Shown here: positions 12,649 through 26,019 of the stretch, piece after piece | Layout of the letters: every line of letters starts with the position of its first letter | Position numbering within the stretch: the stretch's first letter is position 1 | Source: Octopus vulgaris | Lineage: Eukaryota | Assembly: GCA_951406725.2 (NCBI GenBank) | Contig: OX597822.1 | Location: 19,654,001 to 19,718,000, forward strand | Length of the DNA: 64,000 bases | Direction of reading: 5' to 3' | Translations under genes and position numbers: made by a program | Notes under the pieces: generated by a model | Databases searched by the model: none | What the model was told of the DNA's origin: nothing | Seen by the model: only the letters and a program-made list of their open reading frames with translations

Positions 12649-13857
12649 TTATACTGTTGCCATATGTGATAGGCAACAATAAAGTACAGAAGAACTGAAA
12701 TTAGATCGCTGCATTTAAGTATTATATTAATATTTAAGCCTATCTTTTATAAGTTCAACGTTAATTCTTCTGCCGCCGCTTAATTTAAAAACAATTTGAT
12801 GTACGTAGGTCCTTATTTTTCATACAAATAATAATTTCTATTTTATGGGTGACTTTTGGTGTATTTCGCAATTTATTTTGATTATTTACAAATTTATTTC
12901 CAAGTTATAAAAATTGTTAAATTAATATGCTAATACCTATGTGGTTATGTATGTATGTATATACCAGTGGTATGTATCACACTTAGGTGAAAGGAAGAGG
13001 TAAAAAGAGAGAAATGAAACTTGTTAAGCAGAAGTATAGTTGAAGTAAGAGGCAAAGCGGCAAAGAACAGGGAATAAGAGGGAGTGAGAGAGAGAGAGAG
13101 AACATTGATAGTGCTGAGAGGTAAGAGAAATATACTGCATTAAACGCAGGAGACAGAGAGGAGGGAGGGGTAAGAGAGAAAGATATTTAGAAAGATAAAT
13201 TGAGTGAACGAAAGGAATGAATAGAGAATGATAAAGAGACTGAAGCTATTTTCAGAGAGGAAATGCTGGAAAACTTTTCGTTTTGGCCGATATATGATAA
13301 AGCCACTGTGACAGTTATTCTATGCTGTTTGAAAACTATTTATACAAAATTTCATTTTAAAATACCAATTTTCCAGAAAGTGTATGAGGCGAAAATGTCA
13401 TTCATGTGATTTTTCCAAAACTCCTCTCCTAGCCACTCAGAAAAACTTTTAACATTTAACATATACTCAGTCAACAGGATCTATGTGATTATTTATGTAT
13501 TTATAGGCAACAAAGTTGGAGGGGTATATATACATCTGTAGGTGAAAGGAAGATAGTTATTAAATGAAGCCACAATTTATAGATGCTTACATTTTTTATG
13601 CTTTTTGCATCATTCAATGATATAGGTGTGACTATAACATCACAGGATATGCTGCCCCAAGATTTTGAATCTTGATCATTGAGTAGTCTCTATTTTAATG
13701 ATGGGTGGGAATTGATTGCACTAGTTCTGATTGTGTCTTGCACTGTGTAAATAGGTGTGGTTTATATAAGAGAGTATATTGGTTTGACTAGTAACACTAG
13801 CCTTCCACTAATTTCTTTATATGTTATCTATGACTATATCGTATAAAATATTTTAAC

Positions 13858-14406
13858 TGCCGACACGTAAAAGCACCATCCGCTCGTGTTCATTGCCAGC
13901 CTCGGCTGGCCCCCATGCCGGTGACACGTAAAAGCACCATCCGTTCGTGTTCGTTGCCAGCCTCGGCTGGCCCCCGTGCCGGTGACACGTAAAAGCACCG
14001 TTCGTTCGTGGCCGTTTGCCAGCTCTGTCTGGCCCCGTGTCGGTGACACGTAAAAGCACCATCCGCTCGTGTTCGTTGCCAGCCCCGGCTGGCCCCCGTG
14101 CCGGTGACACGTAAAAGCACCATCCGCTTGTGTTCGTTGCCAGCCCCGGCTGGCCCCCGTGCCGGTGACACGTAAAAGCACCGTCTGTTCGTGGCCGTTT
14201 GCCAGCTCTGTCTGGCACCTGTGCAGGTGGCACGTAAAAAACACCCACTACACTCGCGGAGTGGTTGGCGTTAGGAAGGGCATTCAGCCGTAGAAACACT
14301 GCCAAATCTGACTGGGCCTGATGAAGCCGTCCGGCTTCACAGACCCCAGTTAAACCGTCCAACCCATGCTAGCATGGAAAGCGGACGCTAAATGATGATG
14401 ATGATG
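13858..14406 (+). mobile_element. RTE LINE 3' UTR fragment with ~6 minisatellite units
   Basis: Same repeat and terminus in reverse orientation, ending ggacgctaaatgatgatg. Confidence 0.88.
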
Positions 14407-14979
14407 TGCAGTTTTCACGAGTCCAGCTAGTAAAAATTGTTATCGTACAAAAATGTTCATTGAAAACAATCACAGTAATGAAAACTTGGGAATCCAAAAT
14501 TCAGGATTGCGGGTCCTGATTTAGTCCGGAATGTTTTTGATTTACTCGTAGAGTCGGCCTGATTCCAAAATGGTATATGTTGGGCTACGGCATCTAGGAA
14601 TAAAGTTGAAATATTGTGTATGTCAAAAAGTCAATGGTTTTTTCTTAGAGAGTGCGAAGACTATGTGTGTGTATATGTCACAGATAGCGGACATGTATTT
14701 GTGATTGATACACCATGACATTCATTATGTGTGTATTCTGTATGTGTGTTGACGTCATGGAAGCCATGTTTTTTTTTTTCCCATCAAGAAATAACAAACA
14801 AAAATTGCGTTTAATCGTTTTCATTAATAAATAGAGTTTCAAATATCACAAAAATTTGAATTGCACTACCGAAGGTAAGTATGAAAATAAATATGCAAAA
14901 AAAAATAAAGATAAAATATACTATTTCTGAGATATTTCAGGTGCATACAAACATCTCTAGAGTTTTAGTATTATTAAGA

Positions 14980-15738
14980 TAGTGGATGAGTCCAGCAGTA
15001 TACCACCAAACAGTCACCATAACCTTCTGTTTGAAGAGCTTGGGTTCAGGGAAGGTTTTTGGTGCTTCATTTTGGTCCAACAACTGCAAAGAACGTTTTT
15101 TATTATTGTACAGAATCCACTTTTCCTCACAAGTTACAATATGGTCGAGAAATGGATCGGTCTGGTTACAGAGAAGTGATGAGCAAATTTCATATCGGTA
15201 CATTTTCTGATTTTCATTCAAATTGTGTGGTACCCATTTGTCAAGCTTATTTGATTTTCTGATCATATGTAAATAGTTTAAGACAATTTTCTGGCTAACT
15301 TGAAGTTCTTTTGCCAGTTCTCAAGTGGTTTTATATGGATCTTTCTCAATGATGACAGATGGATGTCCACTATGCTCACAATCTTCAAGGCCCAGGTCTC
15401 CACTATGAAATTTTTAAAACCATTTTCAAATTGACCACTCACTGGTCATTTTCTCACCAAACGTTTCATTGATATTGTGAGCAGTTTCAGCTGCTTTAAG
15501 TCCTTTTTTGAAGTTGAATAGCAGAATTCTTCAAATATTGCGTTTTGCCATTTCCATTTAAGACGATTGTAACAACGGTGCAAAAAACATCAATGTTAAT
15601 TTATTGATGCATTTGGGCAAGTTTATGTCTGTATTATCAGACGATTGCAAAAAATGTTTCAAAAAATTCAAAACTCTGCAAAAATCTGGTACAAATTCTT
15701 CATGGTTCAAAACGTTGCTTACTTTTTACTCATCCTGA
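14980..15738 (-). mobile_element. Mariner, 5' half
   Basis: ORF 14937..15266 has WVPHNL, IVTCEEKW and KVMVTVWW...GLIHY. TIR ttcaaaacgttgctttactttttactcatcctga followed by TA. Confidence 0.88.
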
Positions 15739-16744
15739 TATATATATATCATCATCATCATTTAGTATCTGTTTTCTATGCTAGCATGGGTAAGACAATC
15801 TGACTGGCGTTGGTAAGCTGGAGAGCTGCACTGGGATCCAGCTTGTTTTGGCTTTGTTTCTATGATTGGATGTTCTTCCTAACGCCAACCACTCCTCCAC
15901 AGAGAGCAGTGGATTTGTTTTATGTACCAGTGTCATGGGTGCTTCTTATGTGTCACTGGCGCAGTGACATGTAAAATACTACACACACACATGTTAGCAA
16001 TTAGAAACAAGAAGAGAACCAAACAAATTCCAGTGCCCCACAAAAAAAAAAGCAATGACAAGATTCAATAAGAATGTAACTAAGGACTTTTCTGATGAGT
16101 TGTAGTGCACCTGAGCACTATTTACAATAATCTTATTATCATTATCAATATTATACATGGCATAGTGGTAACGGTGTTGTACTCACAATCACTAGATTGT
16201 GATTTCAATTTCTAAACAGAGTGGTGCATTGTGTTTTTGAGTAAAACACTTCATCTCACATTGCTCTGCGATCACTTCAACACCAGATGCATGGTGCGCC
16301 TGCTCAAACAATGTTGATTTGATGGAGAGAGTGAGCACTATAAACAAATCATTTGTGCAAATCATCCGGCAAAAGTTGAATGCTCATACATTGGCTTTGA
16401 CGGGAGAGTCCATCATATAATATATAGATTTATATTAATACAGTAAATAATGATAAAGATTGATAATAGAGGCTAACTTCCAGTGGATTGTGACCATAGT
16501 TTTGCTTTGGTCTCCAGTTGTAGCCTTTTTACCTCATTTACATAGACAATCATCTTGACAAAAGTATGAATATAAACACAATTTCTACACCAATAAACAT
16601 GTGACATCTAGGCTTTGTAAGAGCTCATAATACTTGCATGCAGTCATTCAAACTGCTAGAAACAGCAGCCAAATATCTCACAAACTGTACTCTCCATCTT
16701 AATTAAGAAAAAAAAAAGTCATAACTTGATAGCATAGTCCTAGA

Positions 16745-17808
16745 CAGTGGCAGCTTGTAGATACAATTAGTTGGGGTGCTGTTTCAGAAAACTTTTAGCC
16801 GTTGTTTTAATTTTGTGTAAAAAGAAACAAACATATAAAAAGAAAATTTATACATAAACTCAATCAGGTCGTGTTGTAGCCACAGCCAAGTATTGCGTTT
16901 AATTTGTTCACTGAACCCCGCAGTAAATTACCCCTAGTTTTTAAAAAAATTCTCACTAAATCACAAAATAAGTCGGGGAAATGTACCCTATTTTTCAAAT
17001 CCTGGCAGTAACACTGAAGCTAGAAGCAGGATAATAATCTAATTCTATGCTTTATCACATTCAAGAATATAAACAAGTTTTTAAGCACAACACATGCAGA
17101 GTCAAAAAGAAACACTACCTTTCACTTGGTACCATCAATCACGCAGTGCTCTCTCTCCCTAATGTGAAGCTTCCTATCTCGGACATGTGAGCATGCACAC
17201 AACAGCCAAACACAGCGTTGCTGGAACTGTGAAGCACACAGTTCTTATACAAGGAGTTTTGTGTTTTTTTTAATAAACTAGAGGATGGCTACTATTCCCT
17301 TCAAACTTTGTTTTTGTGATCTGGACATCAATGTTTTGAAACTGACCAATATTTTTCCAATACATTTCATACAAATTCAGCACTGACTTGCTGAAGCAGT
17401 AATGTCATTATAGCAAACATTCTGCTCAATGCCACAACTTTGCTTGTCCATTGCTTGACCATAACCACTTGAACATGTCCCTTAGTGGCTGACAATATGT
17501 GCATCTCTGATCATGAGCAGGAGTAGTGGGGGAGCATCAGAGCCATGTCTTTGATGTTTGAGTAAATGTAGTGAAAGCAAAGTTTAAAGGAAATATTAAC
17601 CATTTCTCACACATGGTTTTTGTCCTTGGGTAGCAACTATTATTTCCTATTTGTTTACTCCTAGAAAGCATGAAAGATTATATAATGTACAAGTATGAAG
17701 AAAGAATTAAATAAACAAAAGGAATCATTATACAGAATGTTATCGATAATATCAAGTGGAAATAGGAGGTGCTGCAGCTTAGCAGTTCCTATACATGAGC
17801 CACCACTG
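16745..17808. mobile_element. hAT-like non-autonomous element with 8-bp TSD
   Basis: Short TIR cagtggcagct / agccaccactg. TSD gtcctaga at 16737-16744 and 17809-17816. Confidence 0.8.
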
Positions 17809-18535
17809 GTCCTAGATACACTATGTCTGAAATCATGACAGGATAGAATGTGTCAGAACGCCTTTGATCAAAAGTCTGCACTATCAAGGCTAACATAAGA
17901 CTCGACAACAACAAAAATCCTGGCAGTTACTTCATTTTTAGCTTATTGGACTGCAGTGTCTACAAACTAAGATTTCTTTAATTATCTGCAATAATACATT
18001 TATTAACAATTTTATATAAATTGGGGAATCTTTCATTCTCTCATTCTTCAATTGGGAATGAAAATATAAACTTAGATATGTTTTGGCCAAAATTAACTCA
18101 GGCCATATTTAACTTAATAGCACCGCTTATCATTTTTAAGTCAAGTTTTGTGCTATCATAGCCCATTCAAGTAGGGAGTTGTCATTGACTGGAATGTATC
18201 CAAGTATAGATGGCTTGTCTAGCATCCCTTACAGAAATTTGTCCAGATATTGTTTGAAAGTTTGGGGATTTTTTTCTTCTTTGATTTGTTTTGGAATGAT
18301 ATTAAACAGCTGTGAGCTGGTGGAGGCAAAATAATTGCATTGCAATATGGTTATGTGTTGTGAGCCAGATTTCTATAGAGGATATGTGACATGGGGGCCC
18401 TGTATTGGATGAACTGTTTGGGCAATGCTGATGCAGCACTCATAACCAAGATCAGTCATACCATTTTACTGTTTCTCTTTTCACACCTAAAACTCTAAAG
18501 CCCTCACTGTATTGTAGCAAAAGAATAAGTCTTAC

Positions 18536-18635
18536 CTGTGGGATATGTTTCAAAATTCTCAGTTCGTATCCATGCAGTAATTTCCGCTGTCGGTTCATGT
18601 ATTGCTGTAAAGTGAATTCGCACGAAATATCTGGT
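18536..18635 (-). CDS. PTPDC1: PTPDC1-like exon (PDISCEFTLQQYMNRQRKLLHGYELRILKHIPQ)
   Basis: tttag/gtaag boundaries; 100 nt, phase 2 to 0; TLxQYxxRQRxLLHGYE motif. Confidence 0.95.
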
Positions 18636-18879
18636 CTAAATATGAAAATATAAAAAAACGACTATCTTTCTATGGAAATAATCACAGACAACATTAGCAT
18701 GTAACTCTATATTGCATAAACCATTCATTGTGTGCCTTTATTATTTGCACAGTAACTTCACCAAAAACTAGGACTAAAATTTGCTTGAGTTAATCTCCTG
18801 GTAATAATGCCTAATATTTCCCTCATGCTCACCATTAATAATACTAACAAAATTTTTATCTTTTTTTTTTTTTAGCCTT

Positions 18880-19335
18880 TGGTCAGTAAGTGTTATTTCC
18901 TATTTGATTCTATCTAGAAAATAAAGGAAATGACTACTATTCGCTTCAAACTTTGTTTTTGTTACTTGGACATCAATGTTTTGAAACTGACCAATATTTT
19001 TCCAATACATTTCAGACAAATTCAGCACTGACTTGCTGAAGCAGAAATGTCAATTTAGCAAACATTCTGCTCAATACCACAACTCTGTTTGTCCGTTGCT
19101 TGACCTTAACCACTTGAACATGTCCCTTAGTGGCTGACAATGTATGCATCTCTGATCATGAGCAGGAGTAGTTGGGGAGCATCATAGCCATGTGTTGAGA
19201 AGAATTCTTTGATGTTTGATTAAATGTAATGAAAGTAAAGTTTAAAGGAAATATTAACCATTTCTCACATATGGTTTTTGTCCTTGGGTAGCAACTGTTA
19301 TTTCCTATTTGTTTACTCCTAGAAAGTATGAAAAA
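18880..19335. mobile_element. Unclassified repeat family; other copies at ~17280-17680 and ~50505-50870
   Basis: Shared ctattcccttcaaactttgtttttg...ctggacatcaatgttttgaaactgacc, with partially inverted ends. Confidence 0.65.
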
Positions 19336-19479
19336 TGATTAATATTTCCTTCAAACTTTTCTTTTGTTACATTTATTCAAACTACAAAGAATTCCTTTCA
19401 ATGCATGGCTATGGTGTTCCCCCAATACTCCTGCTCATCATAAGAGATGCACATATTTGTTACACAGTGTAATCAGAAC

Positions 19480-19856
19480 TGTAAGATGACCCAGACTTTG
19501 GGTCATCTTCAAGACTTTCTGTTACCCTCTGAAATTCAGCTGCCCACTTCTGCCTAGTTGATAAAGTAGGAGTATCATTCCCTAATGTAGCAAACCATGT
19601 CAGCATGAATATCCTTGGGGACCAAACCCTTTTTCTACAGGTACTGGATAACACCATGGCACCAAATTTTGTCCATTTTCAAGAGAAGTTACTACTAGTT
19701 ACTATTGGAGTCTTTGAACAGTCAGATGTCAGTTTACCTGGAAAAGAAACAATGCAGTTCTTAATAAGAAAAGTTGAAATTAATGCACGCAAGATTTCAC
19801 AGCTCTAGCATCATTACTTCATAGTCAGCTTATGAACTTTTAAGTCCAGCCTCATG
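19480..19856 (-). mobile_element. Mariner 5' fragment (same family as 58056)
   Basis: ESLEDDPKSG plus a TIR-like end; similar to 58960-59318. Confidence 0.8.
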
Positions 19857-20007
19857 TATCTGTCAAGCTATAGAGGGAGTCTCTATGTGGTCATTTGATA
19901 TGGTAGAAACAATAGTAAAATTTCTCTCAAATTTCGTTTTAAGATAGCACACCTTGGCTAATTAGAATATTGACAAAAATACAGGAGACAGGAAAATGGA
20001 AACTCAC

Positions 20008-20097
20008 GAATAAGGAAATACGATCCAAAGTTTTTTCAGAAATTCTACAAATTCTCTCACACAAAGCATCTGCTTTCGTGTTTGGATGGATTTAGGT
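20008..20097 (-). CDS. PTPDC1: PTPDC1-like exon (PKSIQTRKQMLCVREFVEFLKKLWIVFPYS)
   Basis: tttcag/gtgagt boundaries; 90 nt, phase 2 to 2; RPxSIQTxxQ motif of dual-specificity phosphatases. Confidence 0.95.
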
Positions 20098-20549
20098 CTG
20101 AAATTATTGAAACAAAAAAAAAAAAAAATTATTAATGAAAACTTTTAATGTTTGTATTAATATTGCTTCATATACAAATGTACACACAAATATACATGTC
20201 CATATACACATTGGGTGCTTTTTTTGTGGAACCAGTGGGGTCACCATGTAACTTGCAACACAAGACAAAGTTCCCTCAACTGGAGGTGGGGGGTGAGTAG
20301 TATTGAGGGAGGTGATTTTGTGCCAGTTGATGAGAGGTTAAAAGAATAATAATAGAGGGATAGAGAGAGGTATCTTGCTGTTGAAGAGATACAAGGATAT
20401 CCCAGTTGGAGAAGGGAAAGACTTAGACAGAAAGATAGAAATGGAGAGAATGGAAATGATAGTGGTGTGTGTGTGTCAGGACATCCTCTCAAGACACAGT
20501 GGAGAGGGGAGATATAGGTGAGGTGATACAGAGGATTAGACTATATATA

Positions 20550-20810
20550 TTGGGTTGGCAAGAAAGTAATTTTAGTCTTTTAGTGTGAAATAAAAGAAAT
20601 TTTTTTCCATACAAAGAATGAACTTTAATCAATTTTCCATTTTGTTTGATGACCTTTTGCCATCTTTCTTACAACTTCATGATTCAGCACTCATAGAACT
20701 TCTGGTCCTTATCAGCCCAAAACTGAAGCATGTGCAATTTCAGGTCATCATCATTATTGAAAGTTTTACCATTCAAAGAATTTTGCAAACTTTGAAATAA
20801 ATGGTAATTT
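20550..20810 (-). mobile_element. Mariner terminal fragment
   Basis: TA + ttgggttggcaagaaagtaat TIR-like end and mariner C-terminal GI.KL..RWQKVI..NG. Confidence 0.6.
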
Positions 20811-20811
20811 G

Positions 20812-21635
20812 ATGATAAAGGAAAGAATGGGATGTGTAGACTGAAAATAATTGTGGGAAAATTACAGATAAATGTAATACTACAGGTTTTAGCAAACTAA
20901 TATGGTATCCCAAAGACTGTAATAAACAATTTAATTTAGGCTGGAGAATTTTGTCAAGATCGTTCTCTTATGATAAGGGTAAATCTTTGTGCCCTCTTTG
21001 TATGGATGAACAACTGTTTTTTCCAAACACACACTTATCAATACCTATAAAGAATGTGTTAACAGGTGTTTACATTGGAAAAAATTCACTTTCAGTTATT
21101 TCAAATAATACTTGCTCTGTTTTGCCTAATAATATCTGTAATTTTCACTCTATTCTTTTCAATCCACACATCCCATTCTTTCCTTTATCATTTCTATCCA
21201 TTTGTCATTCACTTTTCTATTTACTTGATCCTCCTTTTCTCATTTAATTTTCTTTTTTCCTTCTCTTCCTCTCTCAATTCATGACATCAAATTTCCTAAT
21301 AGTATTTTAAAAATTACTAGCATTCTCTATCTACCTTTTGTTTTTATACATTATAATTTCTTACAACTGTTTATAATCTCTACCCTGATGAGATTGATAC
21401 ATTATTCCACCTTATTTTTACTCCCGGATTAATTTTAATGTACCCACTGAAACATAAATGATTTAAATAACATTTAGTGCATTTGTCTCCATTTTCCATT
21501 TCTCTTATATCCTCCAAAACACATTTCTTCTTGGAATTATTACCCATATACGTATGGTTACTAATATCTTAAAAGTGATTATGTGACATTTGGCTACCCT
21601 GGTAACTATTTCTGCGGATCTTTCCTTGAAAATTA
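20812..21635 (+). mobile_element. Penelope-like (Neptune-type) 3' fragment with an inverted 5' arm
   Basis: Translates FSKLIWY...LGWRILSRSFSYDKGKSLCPLCMDE...CVNRCLHWKK. 20812-20870 is an inverted copy of 21130-21195. A degenerate CTGATGA...GAAA motif lies at 21386-21452. Confidence 0.7.
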
Positions 21636-21885
21636 TATATATATATATACAAAATTTAGAGGAATGACCACTAATAGCGGACAGCCTGTATGCTAGATAT
21701 AGATGTCAAAGTCACCATTTACCATGAAGAATGTGTTCTCAAGAAAAAATTCAGCAAAAACCAAAGTTTAAAAATAAACTTCGGATTGAATTATTATTAA
21801 AACTTCGAAGTTTTAATCGGCGGATTTTAAAAAAAATATGCTAGGCCACTGGTTTTAATTGATTAATATCAATTTCTACCCTTAT

Positions 21886-21935
<50 letters not shown>

Positions 21936-22873
21936 ACACATATATGTATAACTGTATTGCTTTTGGTAGCCTAAGGATTCATATAAGGAGCCACCGGGTG
22001 AAGTGAATGAATTGTATACATTGGTGAATAGTATAATAGTAATGCGAGTGTGTTGCTGATTGCTTGGTTGTTTTTATTTTTGTCTTCAATGTCTTACGTT
22101 GTCTTCAATGTGACAGTCCATCATATATACATGTAGTGAATCTTGCAAGCATGAAGTGGATTCGATCCACCATAGCCAAATTTAAATCAACACTTCAACA
22201 GAACTTTTCTCCGTGGTGGAACAATGGTTTTTCTCTGACAGCAGTTTTACATTTGCCAGATTGCCTTTAGCTAGACCGAAATAATGTCTTCACCACTTGA
22301 CCTTTCTAACCTCTTCTATTTCACTAAAAGCCAGAATTAAGATAACAAGACCACCAACTAAATCTATTGGTCTCAAGGATATGGCTATCCTTCTGGAAAG
22401 TTATAAAAGCATAAACTCCAAGCAAAAAGACAGTTAGTCACTTCAGTGACAGCTCAGTGAGAACGAAGTCTGGCTGACCAGCTAGAACCTTGGTCAGAGG
22501 GAGAAATGAAGTTTATTGTCAGCAACTGTGAGACCATGTCCCACAACCCTACAACTCTCACTAGCTCTAATTTTGTTCTCTTACAACATCGTTCTATCTC
22601 TCTCTGTAATTACTACTAAACAATGTAGAGAACACAAACACAAACTTTACTTCGCATGCTTTACGATTTTTATCATAACCTGCCCATCGAGGCAAGGTAT
22701 TGTAATGTAATGGTAAATATATATTTCCTTAAAACTTCATGCATTGTACATCTTTCACAGCCTATGACATGCCATTATAACAACAAATTTTTATCGTTAC
22801 AACTGCTGACTCCGACATTTCATATTATTGTTTACTAATTAATACATACATACATACATTACATACATACATA

Positions 22874-22909
<36 letters not shown>

Positions 22910-22924
22910 TACACACACAATTAT

Positions 22925-23998
22925 GTGTACATGTTCAAACACAAATAAAACTCCTGCAACTCTTCTGGATGGTCTCTTTGTTTAAATTGGTGAATGCTGC
23001 CATAATCCTTGCCGTTGGTTTCTCGCTCAACTGTGCTCCACACATAATCATCTAGGCGGTTTCAGTCTGGGGAGTTAGGTAGCCAGATGACGTGGTTGCA
23101 GAAATTATCTGACAGCCATGACTGGGTTCTTCTACTTGTGTGACAGGGTGTAGAGTCCTGTTGCCAGACATAGGGTCTTCCAGTAGCCACCTGCTACACC
23201 CAGAGCAGCACTGCCACCTCCAGGCACTTGATGTAGGCCTCTGTGTTGAGTGTGATATCGTCTGGGAATATGAAAGGAGGCATAATGTCGCCATCACTAG
23301 TGATCACTCCAAACACCGTGATGTTGACTGGATGCTTGATTTTTATCTCTCTCAGTACATGTTTTGGGACACAGCCAACCAACGGTTGTTCTGTGTGTTC
23401 ACCATCTAATCCTGGCAGAAATTTTTCTCATCTGCAAAAAAACCCCACAGCATCTTTGGTTGGAGTGCGTGCTTGAGTTTGTTCGAAAGCTTCATAGCAC
23501 AGTCTTTCCTCTTGTCCTTGATAGCTTGGGATAAAAATTGGCCCTTTCTCATCTTGTATGAGGAATACTGAATGTCTTTATGCGCTACCTGCCTGATAAG
23601 AAACTCAGACACTCTCATGTTCCTGATTGACTTGGAGGGATCATTGTCAATCATGACCTAGATCTCACCAACAAATTCAGGAGTCCTTTCCTTATCAGAC
23701 CAATCAGAGTAATCTGCTGTACCTTCATAATCACCATTAGACTCATCCAACTCTTTCTGAATCCTCTGCACTGTCCTCAGATTGACACCCAAACACTCTG
23801 AAATCTTCATATTGGAGCTTCCAGCAGTAATGCCAAGCAGTACACCATATCAGGGTGAATTGTGTCATGGTACTGTTTTTCTCACAGACAGTGCCCAACT
23901 GACCCTACTATACTGTGTATTTGACAAAATCAAAAACAAACAATGCACATTTGTGAAATAAAAAATATAAAATGGCAACAATTTACCCATTGCACTCT
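22925..23998 (-). mobile_element. Degenerate Tc1/mariner-superfamily transposase
   Basis: FFADEKNF, KHPVNITVFGVITSDGDIMPPFIFP and YLTP/WPP-like fragments in ORFs 23406-, 23194- and 23052-. Confidence 0.75.
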
Positions 23999-24883
23999 AT
24001 ATATATATTAATTTTAGAGTTCTATTCCCCTTGTTTGTACTACCAAACCTCTCTCTCTCGGACACGGTTGTGTTGTTAAGAAGTTTGCTTTGGTACCACT
24101 GACCAGTTATCACTACTACAAAACATTCAACCATAAACAGGTCAGACTAACTAGAACAGAGACACCACAATGTAGTCCAGAATGCTAGCTTGACAGCTAT
24201 TACATCTTGTAAACCAAAAATCAATGTTTTCTACAAGCTTCAGCACTACTTTAACTCTTTAACTACAAAATTAAATTTCATGCTTATTCCAGTAATGATG
24301 TTAAGTATCTACCAAAAAATAGAATTGGGATTTTCTGCAAGTCATATTGCCTCAATAAACTTGACATATCTCAACAGAAAACAGTTCCAAACATGACATT
24401 TCTTAACAAAAGATAGACTGGGATATAAAATTGAACTCAACAGCTAAGGCTAATGGAATTTTGAGTGAATATATCTGATTTCTGCAGCAAAATGGTTAAT
24501 ACCTATTTCTTTACTACCCACAGAGGGGACAAACAAGGATAGACAAACGGATTAAGTCAGTTACATCGACCCCAGTGTGTGACCGGTACTTAATTTATCG
24601 ACCCCGAAAGGATGAAAGGCAAAGTCGACCTCAGCGAAATTTGAACTCAGAACGTAATGGCAGACAAAATACGGCTACGCATTTCGCCCGGCATGCTAAC
24701 GTTTCTGCCAGCTTGCCGCCTTGTTAATACCAAGTTAATACCATCACACACATATGCATTCTCTCTCACACACACATATGCATTCTCTCTCTCACACACA
24801 CACACACTGTCTGGCTGTTTCATACACATAGTCTATCTATCTGTCTGTCTGTCTGGAGGTCAAAAGAATTATGTTTAGCTCAC

Positions 24884-24971
24884 CTTTTTTTCCGCAAATA
24901 AGTAATGGCTTTGTTTGCTGACATTCTGTATGTAAACACAAGATAACAACAGATAAGCAGCCCAGTTCTGC
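24884..24971 (-). CDS. PTPDC1: PTPDC1-like exon (RTGLLICCYLVFTYRMSANKAITYLRKKR)
   Basis: atttag/gtgagc boundaries; 88 nt, phase 1 to 2. Completes HCHAGLGRTG. Confidence 0.95.
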
Positions 24972-25129
24972 CTAAATATTAGGTGAAAGAAGACACATAT
25001 TTAATATGTTGCATGAAATACAATTCTGAAATGAGTGAATGAATGTATAAATGCGTGTGTGTGCATCATCATCATCATCGTCGTTTAACGTCCGTTCTCC
25101 ATGCTAGCATGGGTTGGACTACATATATG

Positions 25130-25205
<76 letters not shown>

Positions 25206-26019
25206 AAATTATAAATTAGGGTATCTACGAGATACCACCATGCTGAAAATAGCAGCCATGATCTGACTCTAAAACCACCTTAATTGTCCATATCGCAAAC
25301 ACAGAGAGAAAACAAAGAGACAAGATGAAGCTAGTAAAAGATTACTGGATAATTCTAGATCCCGGGTTTCTGACTTTGCATTTAGGAATGCTTTACCTCG
25401 TCAGTAGAATACACACAGAAAAGAAACATAAATTACATATATGAACATATACCCACATATGCATGTATGCATCATGGCCAGTTCAAAATGCCCGCCGTTT
25501 AATTCATGTGAGATATGGTTAGATCATGGCTGCTATTTTCAGCATGGTGGTATCTCGTAGATACCCTAATTTATAATTTTAATAGTTATTACCTTTGAAG
25601 GTTATTTTTTCCATGCTGGCTACTTGATAAAATCGTTATTTTATTTTAAATTAATGATCTTATCCCTATTTATATATATGTATGTATGTATATATATTGT
25701 ATTTCGGGATGGTCATGTTTTTGCTTTGCCAAATAAACACATGCACTATATATGTGAGAAAGGACTAAGTGGAGCAAGAGCACACCCGAGGATGGAAAGT
25801 ATTGCTGAAAAGGTCACAGATGTGTAATGAAAGATTTCCAGACAACGGACGAGTTAGAATAAGAACAATAATAAATGAGTGAAAAACAAATAGTGCTTGT
25901 GTTGTTTATTTGGCGATATAAAAAAATGACCATCCTAAAATACAATATCTGTTTCAACACATGGTTTCACATCAGGAATCTTGCAACACAAATAAATAAA
26001 TAAATAAATATATATATAT

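Larger units (their letters stand above)
9838..14979 (-). mobile_element. 5.1-kb non-autonomous Helitron inserted in a mariner
   Basis: The minus strand starts TCTTAATAATAC and ends GTAGTCTAG, inserted between A and T with no TSD. Removing it restores mariner ATCCACTA|TAACTTC (IHY|NFL). Confidence 0.85.
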
